DNA of 64,000 bases, taken from positions 496,001-560,000 of the forward strand of contig JBEUKZ010000131.1 in the NCBI GenBank assembly GCA_048128005.1, written 5' to 3'. Under the pieces are notes generated by a model. The model saw nothing but the letters and a program-made list of their open reading frames with translations. It was not told the origin of the DNA and ran no database searches. Position numbers and translations under genes: made by a program. Of the stretch, positions 1-12,004 are shown in pieces (position 1 is the stretch's first letter; the number at the start of each line of letters is the position of its first letter). Source of the stretch: Veleropilina oligotropha. Lineage: Eukaryota.

Positions 1-177
1 TATTTTTGTAAGCATTCCTTTCTAATGGCATCATATATTAACCCTACTGTTGATCATGTTGAATAACTATTTATTAATGCACTTCTGCATCGATGAGATA
101 TACATACCCTTACTGAAGATGAATGAATATTTCTATGCAAAGTGAGCACACATAATGTTAATTCTTTCCACTTTCAG

Positions 178-325
178 CCCTCCAAGTACTTCCAGATGGA
201 CTATGATGGCACGACGGCCAGGCTGGCGATTGCTGAGGTCTACCCTGAGGATGAGGGAGAATACATATGCTCAGCCATCGGGTCATCTGGCTGTGCCACT
301 CGTATGTGTGACATCGTCGTCGATG
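178..325 (+). CDS. MLCK-like exon: Ig domain C-terminal half
   Basis: ctttcag|CCC ... GATG|gtaag; PSKYFQMDYDGTTARLAIAEVYPEDEGEYICSAIGSSGCATRMCDIVVD. Confidence 0.9.
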
Positions 326-3300
326 GTAAGTAATGTGCTATTTGTAATAAATTATAGGCAAGTGTTTGAATACATCCACTTTCACCTGACATCTTAAGGT
401 TTCTAATATCACCCTTTCCCTTTTACTGTTGTAGTAAAGTACCTAACACTATTATTTTAAATTGGATTAAGACATGGTCTTATTTTACTATTGCAATTAG
501 ACCATTGACCTTGTTCATTTTGATGACGATTAAACCTTTATTTTTCACCTCATTTTAACAATCACTGGTTGAGCCATGTGCCATTTTTACATTAATATCC
601 CTTTTCATTGATGCACAAGTTAATTTGCCATCTCGCATATTTGTAAATTGACAACTTTTTTTAATACTTAATGTCACTTAGAGTGCCATGTCCCGGTTGA
701 ACCTGCAGCTAAAGTGCCAAAATCAGTGATACCTGTTGCCAAGCAACCACCAAAATTTGCTGTGTCACCATCCCATGTCACTGTGATGAAGAGCAGGAAT
801 GCTCAGATGAAGGTATCTTACAGCGGCAATCCTGTCCCTGAAATAACCTGGAAGAAAGGCGGCAAAGCTATCCAAACAGGTAGGCTTCGTAGACTTATGT
901 CACCTAATGTCGTTCTTTATGCCCCCACAAACGAAGTTTAGAGGGGCATATAGGAGTCAGCTTGTCTGTCTGTCTGTTGCAAATTCCCTTCCGCTCCATA
1001 TCTTGGACACTATTTGACCGAGGGACACGAAAGTTGATGTGTGCATGCGTCATAAGCCAAAGGTGTGTCGCGTACAGAAAGTAGGTCACCATGACCTACT
1101 TTTCATGCTTGATTGCACTTAATCCAAAATTCCTTCCGCTCCATATCTTGGACACTATTTCACCGAGGGACACGATACTTGACGTGTGCATGCATCATAA
1201 CCCAAAGGTGTGTCGCATACCGAAAGTAGGTCACCACGACCTTTTCATGCTTGACTGCACTTAATCCAAACTTCCCTTCCGCTCCATATCTCCCATACTA
1301 TTTGACCGAGGGACACGAAACTTGATGTGTGCATGCATCATAACCCAAAGGTGTGTCGCGTACGAAAGTACGTCACCACGACCTACTTTTCATGCTTGAC
1401 TGCAATTAATCCAAAATTCCATTCCGCTCCATATCTCCCATACTATTTGACCGAGGGACATGAAACTTGCTGTGTGTATGCGTCATATGCCAAAGGTGTG
1501 TCACGTACTGAAAGTATGTCACTGCGACCTACTTATCAGACTTGACCGCATTTGGTCTAAAATTCCCTTCCGGTCCATATCTTCCATACTATTTGACCGA
1601 GGGACACGAAACTTGATGTGTTTATGTGTCATAATCCAAAAGTGTGTCGCATACCAAAAGTAGGTCACCGCGACCTAGTTTTCACACTACCACATTTGGT
1701 CCAAATTCCCTTTCGCTCCATATCTCCCATACTATTTGACCGAGGGACATGAAACTTCATATGTGTATACATCATAACTGAAAGGTATGTCGCGCACCGA
1801 AAGTAGGTCACTGCAACCTATTTTTCACACCACCTCGTTCAGTCTAAAATTCCCTTCCGCTTGATATTTCCCATAATATTTGACTGAGGGACATGAAACT
1901 TCATGTGTGTATGCAACAGCCTGTTCCTGGGTCAAATGCTTTCGTGGGGGCATGTGATCACTCCTGTGATAGCTCTAGTTGAGTTTGCTAATATGTAGAT
2001 TGTCATCCGTGAATAGCCAGGATGTCATATGATTAAAAGAACATCCATATAGGATTTTTAGGATCGATGTTTAATGTCCTGTTTTTTAGAACCCACTAGG
2101 TTCATACCAGGACACGTCCATAGTGATTAAATAAAGAATGCCATTTCCCCAACCGAGGTTCGAACTCTCTCCTGTTAGATAGACAGAGCAGTCAAGCCGG
2201 TGAATTGCGAGCCATAAATTGAAACCACTCAGCTACCAGAGCGGCCCCATCCACATAAGAACAAATCAAATTGATTGCAAATGTCGCATTAGTAGGTGGA
2301 CATGTGTGGAAGGTATCAATTACTGCTTACTTCTGTCCATTTATAAGTTTCATCAAAATATATTTTTCGCTTAGGAATTCATGTTGCCATAGACACCAAA
2401 CGGAACACAACCACCCTGACGATATCTGACAGTCAATTCAGAGACAGCGGTGAATACCATATCGTCGCTGAGAATTCATCTGGCAGGAACACTGCCACCA
2501 TCTCTCTATCTGTTGAAGGTAAATTAGTTTTGATGTAAGCTATAACATTGAAGGATAAATTGTTTTATTTAGCAGCTTGTAAGTGCTTTACAATTGCAAG
2601 GACAGGTGTTAGCAATTGAAAATCTCAATTGACTCAATGTTACTGATTTAGGATGGCAATTAATCTTTGAACTCCACTATTAAAACAAGGAGCCCAAGTC
2701 TGTTTATCATTGCTGTGAAATGCAACACTGCATCAAATATTGTTGAAAAAACTCATATTATCAAGTATACTTTCGGCATAACGTATGATGCGATGGTGAC
2801 ATCATATCAGTGTGGTTTTGGATTTCATAAATCCATTGTGCAGCTAGCATTTACATCTTATGGTGCATCAGCCTTCACACACGCCCTTCCTTTTCAGATG
2901 TTCCGACACCCCCCGCTGGGAAGCCGTATGCGACCGATGCCCAAATGACGTCGATCCAGCTTGCTTGGTCTGCTCCGGGATTCAATGGAGGAAGTGCCGT
3001 CATCGGCTACCGCGTCGAGATCGCCCAGGCGGACACTCAGAGCTGGAGAACACTAACCTCGCAATGCAAGGTGAGCATGGATGATTTATTTGTAGTTGTG
3101 TAACTGGTATAAGCTATTTTTCACTATAGTTGTCTTTGCAAGCTTTCACATTGCGCACATAAAAAAAATTCACCAGAATTAGCAATACAATTTTGTTCAT
3201 GATTTATGTATGGGATAAACTACTTGATAGCATTGATTAGTTCAGAGAATACACTCTGAACTATTCAATGCTATCGAGTAGTTTATGTAACTTAAAACAT

Positions 3301-6300
3301 TTCACTGTTGATTAATCGCCCCATTCACCACCAGGTGCCGCTTTTGAAGTGAAATAGTTGAATAGGGTCTTTAATTGGATGTATTAGTTGAATGATAGTC
3401 CATAATTGGAGTATATTAGTTGAATGCCCAGAAAATAATGCATTGCTGCATCAAGAAATCTTTGTTCTTCAATTAAATAAGCAGAATAAACAACTGCCCA
3501 GAACAATAGATGACCTAACAGAAATGTTTTAAATAATGTTACATTGTAACTGTAATCATGAGGGAGGATTTAATTGCACTCAAATGATCTTTCATTTTAT
3601 TTGTTGCTTTTATGGCCCTTGTGTTACATTATCTGCTGAATATCAGGCGCATTTAATGTGGTGGCCCAGCTGATTGTGTCGCACAGTTTGACTTCAGACG
3701 TGGATAAAAAACATTTAGCTCTACAGTAAGCATTCAATAAATATTTCTTACAAACTTTCCACAAAACAACTCACATATCTACTGTTTTCGTGAAATTATT
3801 GATTAGGTTAATCATTGTCAATAATGCTTCTTTTGTTCACCTTCTCATTGGAATGTAATCAATTCATGTATCCTTTTGCAGCCAATATCATACCATGCCA
3901 AAAATCTACTTCCCGCCAAATCCTATGTCTTCCGGATCAATGCTGAAAATAAGCATGGTCTCAGTGATTGCGGACAGATGTCAAATCCAATATCTACCTC
4001 GGATCAACCGCTAAAAATCGTAACAAAGCCAGAGGGTAAGCATTTCAAGTTATGGTTAACATCTTCATACGGAATGAACTATGTTGTTCCATAAGCCTAT
4101 CTTTGTAATTATAGTATTTTCTTTTTTGTATTTTGTAAAGTTTATTGAGTACATCTGCATTGTAGCTAGAAATTTAAAGAGCTACTATTCTAAGCATTCT
4201 TTCATTATTGCTATTTCATAAAAAGTGCCTGCATGATTGCAGTTTGTTTTACCCATGTGTGAACATTACTTCCTTCCTTACAGCTCCAGTTATACCAATC
4301 AGTCGGTCTCCCAGCCCCAAGGAAGGTAAATACTAGTTTATGAATCTTATGCATGATTATTCCTTATTTAGTGAAAACAATGATGTGTCATTGAATGTTA
4401 TATTGGGTGCGCATCATTGCTGCTAGGATATTAGCATATTACTGTGCTGTTGTCAGATTCGGCTTCATTTATAATCAAGGTGTCAGTCTAATGTTTGCTT
4501 GCATTGTTTTGTAAGAAGAAGGAAGACCCATCTGAACAGTTTTAGTGAAAAATAATTATTAAAAGCATAAAATGATATGTGTATTTCACACATTATTGAG
4601 GTTTGCTTCAAATGCAGTGTGTCCTTTATTTACTTACAGAAGATCTACCATTTACACCCAGAGACGTTGAAATTTCAGTGGATAAATCATTTGAACATTT
4701 TTATGAAATGAAGGACCAAATCGGAAAGTAAGTGCATTTCAATGTTGCATTTTACCTTTAAGAAACTTTTAGTATACTTAAATAATGGATCAGTCTTGCA
4801 TTTAAGTTATATTCAATATTCTTTTGTGCATCACAAGACATCGTTGCATACCAGAAATAAACTTGTAATAGATTTAAACTTTATTTGAACGCATGAACAT
4901 TATTTCAATGTCTTCGTTTAAGATCAACTATGAAAGCACTCAATTCCAATGATATAGATGTAATGTGTTAACTATGTCTTTCATTACAGAGGTCGATTTG
5001 GTAGCGTCTGTAAATGTGTGGAGAAATCGACGGGCAAGCTGCTGGCAGCCAAGGTCATCCAGTGCAAACCGAAGGAGATCGAGAGCGTGCGGCAGGAGAT
5101 CCTCATCATGAAGATGCTGCGGCACCACAAGGTCCTGCTGCTGTGGGACGCCTACGAGACCCCGTCCAGCTTCATCATCATCACCGAGTAGTAAGTATAC
5201 AACCAGAAATGCACATATTACTCTAAATGTGAAATCCTTGATCAATTGTAAAGATGATGCACCATAAGTGCATCTCTTCGACAGAACACAGAGCTCTGCA
5301 CAACGTCACAATTAATCTCATCTCAACACGCGTCTGAGAATATGTCATTGTCATCGCATACCTCAGCTAAATACTGATGTCCCATAGGTGTTAACCTCTG
5401 ACGGGGTGCTTGCTGTGGAGATCATATGTAAAATTGGCGGAGATTAGCAATTGTTGGGGGAGACTTTAAGTGGTTTTGGGGGAGGTTTTTGCTGGAGATT
5501 TTGCTATATTCGTTGGTTCAAATTTGATAAATACATCGGTATATATTACCTTGTTTCAGTAATATCTAGGCATAAAAGAAGCTAAAGTTGTCTTTCCTGG
5601 CCATGGCTCTACACCGCAGAAGAAAAATTTGTCACTGGCAATGATTGATAGTGTTATATAAGGTGCCATACCTGTCAACATTTGATTTTGAGTGTCAGGT
5701 AGATTTTGTCGTGAAAGTCATATTTTATCGCTACATAATGATACATGTAGTGGAATAAAATTTGTTATTGTTTGTGTGTTCTTTTATTGTGATTATGTGT
5801 ATTATGTATTGTATACAGAATTAAATATGAAATAAATTATATATTGTTTATTATACTTTTGTTATATTAATATTATATTTTCACTAGAGGCTTCTATAGC
5901 TACAATTAATTTTATATTTATAAGACAGTGCATAGTAAAAAATTATGCCCCCACAAATGAAGTTTAGGGGGGGGGGGTCGGCTTATAGGAGTCAGCTTGT
6001 CCGTCCATCTGTCAGTCTGTCGCAAATTCCCTTCCGCTCCATATCTCCCATACTATTTGACCGAGGGACATGAAACTTAATATGTGTATGCATCATTACC
6101 CAAAGGTGTGTTGCGTACCAAAAGTAGGTCACTGTGACCTACTTTTCATGCTTGACCATATTTGGTCCAAAACTCCCTTCCGCTCTATATCTCCCATACT
6201 ATTTAACCGAGAGACATGTAACTTCATATGTGTATGCGTCATAACTGAAAGGTATGTCGCGTACCGAAAGTAGGTCACTGTGACCTACTTTTCAGACTTG

Positions 6301-9300
6301 ACCGCAATTCGTCCAAGATTCCCTTCCACTCCATACTATTTGACCGAGGGACACAAAACTTTATGTATGCATGCGTCATAACCCAAAGATGTGTCGCATA
6401 CCAAAAGTTGGTCACCGCAACCTACATTTCACGCTTCACCCCATTTGGTCCAAAATTCTCTTCCACTCAATATCTCCCATACTATTTGACAGAGGGACAC
6501 GAAACTTTATGCATGCATGCGTCATAACCCAAAGGTGTGTTGCATACCAAAAGTAGGTCACCATGACCTATATTCCACGCTTCACCACATTTGATCCAAA
6601 ATTCCCTTCCACTCAATATCTCCCATACTATTTGACCGAGCGACATGAAACTTCATATGTGTATGCATCATAACTGAAAGGTATGTCACGTACCGAAAGT
6701 ATGTCACCACAACCTACTTTTCCCACTTTACTGCATTCAGTCTAAAATTCCCTTCCGCTCCATATCTCCCATACTATTTGGCTGAGAGACATGAAACTGT
6801 TGCATTCAGTCTAAAATTCCCTTCCGCTCCATATCTACCATATTATTTGACTGAGAGACATGAAACTTCATGTGTGTATGCAACAATCTGTTCCTGGGTC
6901 AAAAGCTTTCATGGGGGCATGTGATCACTCCTGTGATAGCTCTAGTTACAGCAGACATGTTCACATATAAGAAAAAATAGAATTAACAGACATAATTATG
7001 GTCTCCATTGCTTTTAAATTCTATCAATGGTGCACATTTGACGCCTTTTACTTTTTACTCATTTGTCCAATAATATCTATACAGTTAAAGGTCTATTATA
7101 AATTTATCAAATGGCTACATGTCATTCTCAATATTACAGGCTGAGCAATGATGATGAAATTAAATCGTTCATAAAATCGGGGCGATTTCCACTGTGCTAA
7201 ATTATCTATAAATGATCCATTACTTTAATGGAAAATGATAAGATTTAATCATAAACATACATTTTGTAAGCGTTGCAGTTGGCTATTAGGAACGAGGCCC
7301 ACCGCGGTCCGTAAAGTTAGACCTAAACTTATCGGCAGGTGAAAACCGCAAAATAATTACGTTGGAGTTGCAATTTTAAGAATTGGAATTTCCACAACAC
7401 ATATTCACACATGCGGGTTAATTTAATACTTTGCGGCAAGCTTAGTAATACTGTACTCACAAACAAAGCCATTTGTCGGTAAAGGCTCATTCTAACACAA
7501 TGCTCTCACTTCGTCGGTAATTAATTAGGCCAAGACAATTAACACTCAATGGCGACCCAAAATAGCTTCGTGCAAATTCGTTTTTCGAAGCTACCGGAAT
7601 GTACCGATCATCTTCGTAGGTTCACGTTCGGGAAAATAATAAGCAAATGCGAGATTATTTTTCAGTCGAGTGTAAAATGTTTTCAAAATCGCTAAAATGT
7701 CGAGAATTCGGAAGATAAAATGATTTTGATAATTTTGTGTGGTAAACAAAGTCGCAATTCTGTAATCTACTGGTCATTCCGGTAGAGTTTTAAAACCGGT
7801 ATGGCTTAGGTGCTAATTAATGCCTTTGTTCCACGACCGACATTCTGGCTGCGCAATCGAGACGCAAAACAAAAACATGCTGTCCTGGGCTGCTGGCAAT
7901 CATAACTAATTTCTCAGGTGACTGGCCACAAGAAAGTAGTTAAATGGACAGTGATTATTATCATTTATATATGACTGCATTATTCAAAAAAATATTTATT
8001 TTTGTTTGCGGGTCATTCGAGGCATGGTGCGGGTAATGGGTCAAAAATGCGGTTCTGATCCGCACAATATCAGGGAGGTTCACACCTATGGTGTCATCCA
8101 TACGCACTATTCTCACCAAACCAAGAGCTTTGGAGATTTTCCTTTGCCTGAACCCATTTATCATATAAAACTACCTGGCGTCTGTAAAAGTGCGAAGATT
8201 CTGCAATGAATGAATAATCACTTTATATTTTAACAACGTGTTTCTTTTTCCAGCATCGGTGGCGGCGAGCTGTTTGAGCGAATCATCGGCGATGGGTTTG
8301 TGTTGACGGAGCGCGATTGTGTCCACTTCGTGCAGCAGATATGTGAAGGGGTGCGATACATCCACGACAGCAGCATCATCCACCTCGACCTCAAACCCGA
8401 AAACGTGATGTGTGTCAGTAAAGACAGTAATCAAATCAAGATTATAGACTTTGGTCTTGCGAGACGATATAATCCCGGTGAAAGTGCCAAGGTTATGTTT
8501 GGAACACCCGAGTTTATCGCCCCGGAGGTCGTCAACTATGACGAAATCAGCTTCGCTACCGATATGTGGAGCGTCGGGGTCATCTGCTACCTCCTGTAAG
8601 TACGAGCATCTGACCGCCATATATGGTATCAATAGTATTGTCGTTTAAATACTGACTGAACTTTCCAAATCTTATATTTTCTGATTAGTGAAGGTTTAGA
8701 CCTTTTGAATTCATATGACAGAATTTGTTTGTGTGTTTAGTTTAAATGTTTTATTGCATATTAAGCAATTTGTGCATAAATCATCTGTCACAACCTAATG
8801 TGAAAACAAGAATTGTTGAGATATTTTTATGTATATATGCACATGAAGATAGTCATATTATCAACTCAAAAGAAACATGTTTTAAGGTATGTTGATTATG
8901 AATTAACAGTAAGTGACTATGTGACATGTTTACTTTGCAGGTTATCTGGCTTGTCTCCCTTTATGGGCGAGGACAATGCAGAAACATACTCTAACGTCAC
9001 CCGAGCTGAATACGACTTTGAAGACGAAGCCTTCTCCGAAATATCAGCGCACGGAAAATCGTTCATTCAAAAATTACTAGTAAAAACAAAGGAGTAAGTA
9101 TATATACCCAGCTGCCAAGTCACACTACCTAGTAGGGATTCTAGCTCTGATATTCCATATTATACTCCATGATCAAAGTATGATTATTATACCCCTGTGC
9201 TACAAAGTAGCTGAGATATATAGCGTTCCGTTCGTCATTCCGTCTGGAGCATATCTTGCAAACAGTACCCTAGCTTCACGAAACATGATACATACATTAA

Positions 9301-10938
9301 CTAGGTTGAGTATTTGTGCCTTTTGCTATTTTCAGGTTTCTAAAATTTTTATTTTATAAAAAGTGGCAGATATAAGATTGACATAGACTTTAATGAGCAA
9401 CATATTTGTCCAGATCATATCTCCAAAACTGTGCAGGCTAGTTTAACGAAATTTTGAATGTCGAATATAACATGGAACTATTTTTCTCATAGGAAGCGCA
9501 TGACAGTCCATCGATGTCTGAGACACAAGTGGTTGAACGAAGATGTCAAACGCTTACGGACAACTTTACTCAACACAGAAAAACTGAAACGTTTCTTAAT
9601 GCGAAGGAAATGGCAGGTACATTGTGGTCGCTGTATTACATCACTTGATTAAAACAGTATATTTAGCAATAATGATCTCAGACATGGTCACAACTGACCT
9701 AGATCATGTCAATGTACCATGCAGTAATCTCTTTACAAATTGTTAAAATGTGAAATCTGTAATCCATATAATCCAATGTATGGTAAATGGGATGGCATTA
9801 TCACTAGCTCTGGGTGACAGAGTAGTCCGATAGATTTTGCTCTCCGGTCAAATTATAATATTTTAATGGCATATGTAACTTGTTATTAGTAGAATGCAGT
9901 GAATGCTATATACAAGCATTATTGCATAATGTAATTGCATATTCCCAATAGATGTTTCTTGGTGTGCTGTTTAATAAGTGGTCATTACGTGGATTTAGCA
10001 TGGAAATACTACTTAGAATATGTGATATGTTCCACAATTTTGAAACATCGGATTTATTATATGTAAACAGATCATTTCTTTCCTAATGACTTTTGTATTG
10101 AATGTGGTGACTAATCTTGTACATGTAGTAATAATAGAGTTACTAATATAACAATAGTTTCATTAGATATTGATAACTTCTTGCCTGATAGTGATGCTCC
10201 TGTGAGAATGCAAAGACAATATTGGTGTGACCTTATCCAATCACTTAATTTATTCCCTAACTGCAGTGATTCCTTCTTCTATGAATTTTTATCTGCATGA
10301 TATTTGCATGACTAACTTTCCTTTTTTGTTTGTTTTTTGCGTAGAAGTCCGGCCGCATTATGCGTGCTGTAGGTCGCATGACGGGTGACCATTGCCGGCC
10401 CTTCTCCCGGCAGGACACCTACTCCGGAAGCGAGAGCTCGTACACCGGAGACTCCGATTTCCACTCCTCTCCAGACAACTCCACTGACTCTTCATTATTT
10501 AAGATCCAGAGAGAATCGGAAGCCATACGCCGCGCCGATTCCATCTCGGAGAGCGACTGCTATGAGAGCCTTCAGGACTGCTCCTTTGAAACCATGACGA
10601 CAGAAGACAATGACCCAAAGAAATTAAATGGCATCTCTGATGCTCCCATGTTTGTCAAAGAAATGGTGGACTGTGAAACCTTTGTCGGCGATGTTGCTCG
10701 ATTCGATATTAAAGTGGCAGACATGACTAACTGTGATGTGACGTGGTACAAGGACGATGAACAGATCACGTCAAACAAGCATCGGACGATCGAGTACGGA
10801 GACAAAGGTGATTGCTCCCTGATCATCCGTTCAGTGTCGGAAAGCGACGATGCTGAATATTTGTGCAAAGTTTGTAATTCTCACGGAGAGGCTACGTGTG
10901 CCGCAGACCTTGATGTTCTGAGCACAGCCTCATTCTGA
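178..10938 (+). CDS. MYLK: Myosin light chain kinase-like gene (MYLK/smooth-muscle MLCK architecture), 5'-incomplete; 12 exons: 178-325, 682-879, 2375-2518, 2898-3070, 3882-4035, 4284-4325, 4640-4727, 4990-5190, 8254-8595, 8941-9093, 9493-9616, 10345-10938
   Basis: All introns are GT-AG and splice phases join in frame. Ig motifs (EVYPEDEGEYIC; GNPVPEITWKK; RDSGEY), FN3 (DVPTPPAGKPY...LAWSAPGFNGGSAVIGYRVE), kinase motifs IGKGRFG, AAK, HLDLKPEN, DFG, GTPEFIAPE, DMWSVG, CaM-binding RRKWQKSGRIMRAVGRM, and a C-terminal Ig. The symbol is a family-level call; orthology is not tested. Confidence 0.92.
682..879 (+). CDS. MLCK-like exon: linker plus Ig N-terminal half
   Basis: cacttag|AG ... ACAG|gtagg; ECHVPVEPAAKVPK...PPKFAVSPSHVTV...SGNPVPEITWKKGGKAIQT. 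Confidence 0.88.
916..1980 (+). mobile_element. Non-autonomous Helentron-like (HINE/DINE-1 type) element with internal ~146-bp tandem array, in MLCK intron
   Basis: Subterminal inverted repeat ATGCCCCCAC...GTGGGGGCAT, (GTCT)n after the 5' end, about 6.5 copies of a ~146-bp unit, 3' stem-loop ATCAC-tcct-GTGAT, end CTAGTT, T-rich insertion site. Confidence 0.8.
2035..2248 (-). mobile_element. tRNA-derived SINE
   Basis: Minus strand begins GGGGCCGCTCTGGTAGCTGAGTGG (A box) with GTTCGAACC (B box). Its tail segment (ggatcgatgtttaatgtcctg) recurs at about 20635, with weaker relatives near 13470 and 15915. Confidence 0.65.
2375..2518 (+). CDS. MLCK-like exon: Ig C-terminal half (not in ORF track)
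   Basis: cgcttag|GA ... GAAG|gtaaa; GIHVAIDTKRNTTTLTISDSQFRDSGEYHIVAENSSGRNTATISLSVE. Confidence 0.9.
2898..3070 (+). CDS. MLCK-like exon: fibronectin type III N-terminal half
   Basis: ttttcag|AT ... AAG|gtgag; DVPTPPAGKPYATDAQMTSIQLAWSAPGFNGGSAVIGYRVEIAQADTQSWRTLTSQCK. Confidence 0.9.
3882..4035 (+). CDS. MLCK-like exon: FN3 C-terminal half
   Basis: tttgcag|CCA ... GAGG|gtaag; PISYHAKNLLPAKSYVFRINAENKHGLSD. Confidence 0.9.
4284..4325 (+). CDS. MLCK-like 42-nt micro-exon (Pro/Ser-rich linker)
   Basis: tccttccttacag|CT ... GAAG|gtaaa; phase 1-1, open, APVIPISRSPSPKE. Confidence 0.7.
4640..4727 (+). CDS. MLCK-like exon: pre-kinase segment and start of Gly-rich loop
   Basis: cttacag|AA ... 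GGAAA|gtaagt; EDLPFTPRDVEISVDKSFEHFYEMKDQIGK. Confidence 0.88.
4990..5190 (+). CDS. MLCK-like exon: kinase N-lobe
   Basis: ttacag|A ... GAGTA|gtaagt; GRFGSVCKCVEKSTGKLLAAKVIQCKPKEIESVRQEILIMKMLRHHKVLLLWDAYETPSSFIIITEY. Confidence 0.93.
5943..6947 (+). mobile_element. Second copy of the same HINE-like family, in MLCK intron
   Basis: Same termini (ttatgcccccacaaa...gggggcatgtgatcactcctgtgatagctctagtt) and same ~146-bp internal unit as 916-1980. Confidence 0.8.
8254..8595 (+). CDS. MLCK-like exon: kinase catalytic and activation segment
   Basis: ttccag|C ... CTCCT|gtaagt; IGGGELFERII...HLDLKPEN...IIDFGLAR...FGTPEFIAPEVVNYD...DMWSVGVICYLL. Confidence 0.96.
8941..9093 (+). CDS. MLCK-like exon: kinase C-lobe
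   Basis: tttgcag|G ... AAGGA|gtaagt; LSGLSPFMGEDNAETYSNVTRAEYDFEDEAFSEISAHGKSFIQKLLVK. Confidence 0.95.
9186..9450 (+). mobile_element. Truncated HINE-like fragment in MLCK intron
   Basis: ttattatacccc... start followed by a ccgttcgtcattccgtc microsatellite-like tract and a duplicated 'catatct...aaac' core; no intact 3' end seen. Confidence 0.4.
9493..9616 (+). CDS. MLCK-like exon: kinase end plus autoinhibitory segment
   Basis: ctcatag|G ... TGGCAG|gtac; KRMTVHRCLRHKWL...EKLKRFLMRRKWQ. Confidence 0.93.
10345..10938 (+). CDS. MLCK-like terminal exon: CaM-binding end, Ser/acidic linker, telokin-like Ig domain, stop
   Basis: tttgcgtag|AAG; KSGRIMRAVGRM...APMFVKEMVDCETFVGDVARFDIKV...VTWYKD...DDAEYLCKVCNSHGEATCAADLDV, TGA ending at 10938. 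Confidence 0.93.
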   Translation, partial: KSGRIMRAVGRMTGDHCRPFSRQDTYSGSESSYTGDSDFHSSPDNSTDSSLFKIQRESEAIRRADSISESDCYESLQDCSFETMTTEDNDPKKLNGISDAPMFVKEMVDCETFVGDVARFDIKVADMTNCDVTWYKDDEQITSNKHRTIEYGDKGDCSLIIRSVSESDDAEYLCKVCNSHGEATCAADLDVLSTASF

Positions 10939-11739
10939 AAAACCTCACTCATTGGATGAATATCCAAACAGACTTAAAACCAAACTACGACATTAGTTAA
11001 TAATATATGTATTCAATGTTATCAGTCCTAACTTAGAACGTATATTACTCTATGTGGTGCTTTTGAGTGATCCATACCGAACAAGTATTCCATATCCATT
11101 GATATATTAGCGTAAGCGTTAGTATGCTATCTGCATTCAACATGTACTGCCAGTAAACTAGGTCGCCAACACATTTTTGTACAGTGTATGGATACTAAAT
11201 TTCTCCTGAAATGTCTTGAAACCTTTCTTTGTTGGCCCTTGTCGCAATGTCATGGCTGTGTGCATGTTCCATTACCACAAAAGTCTGAAGTAACCCTCGC
11301 CATGGCTTAGCTTCAAGGGCTACACCTTTCGTGACCCTCTCTATCCTGACAGATATTTCAGGACAAATTGGTTCAGCATTGGACAGCATATTGTGTTATG
11401 TCTCCTGGGTATTTATGTTATATTCAAGTATGTATTATAGGTGTTTCATAAAACTGCTGCAGTATATTTTTCCTAGTAGATTTATTTTGATACCTTTAAT
11501 TTGTGATATTTTCTATAGTAAACATAAATTAATTATAAATAGAGCTGAGCAAGGTCAGAATCCTATTTTACATTTTTGCAACGATTACTGAGAGAAGTCT
11601 ACAGTATTGTACGAGTGTAGATCAAGAGGTGTATAGTGAAGAGAGTTTATTTAATATATTGTTTTGTTGAAAATGTTTTAATACAGAGATTAGTGTATAT
11701 ATATCCGTTGCTGCATACACTGTACAACGTAACAACTGC

Positions 11740-11745
11740 AATAAA
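11740..11745 (+). terminator. Candidate polyadenylation signal of the MLCK-like gene
   Basis: AATAAA about 800 nt after the stop, followed by GT-rich sequence (agttgttgtt). Confidence 0.45.
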
Positions 11746-12004
11746 AACAAATATTTACTTAGTTGTTGTTCATTACTTAGAAAGTGTATCGAGTGTTGTT
11801 AATTTGATATGGAGTTAATTGTTCCACTAATCGTATTAGGACGTATCAATAATGATGTTCATATTATTTTTTACAAAAGATTTGCTCGAAAGAAAAGGAT
11901 TGGCGAACAGATATATATAGCATATGCAAACATCTCCCCCATAGTAATGTTCTTTCAATTCATGCACAGTACTAGTGGCTTGAATCTTCAATGGTATGCC
12001 CTTA

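Noticed and set aside
8171..8632. 153-aa minus-strand ORF (likewise 4940-5245 and 10572-10868)
   Set aside because: Antisense shadows of MLCK exons.
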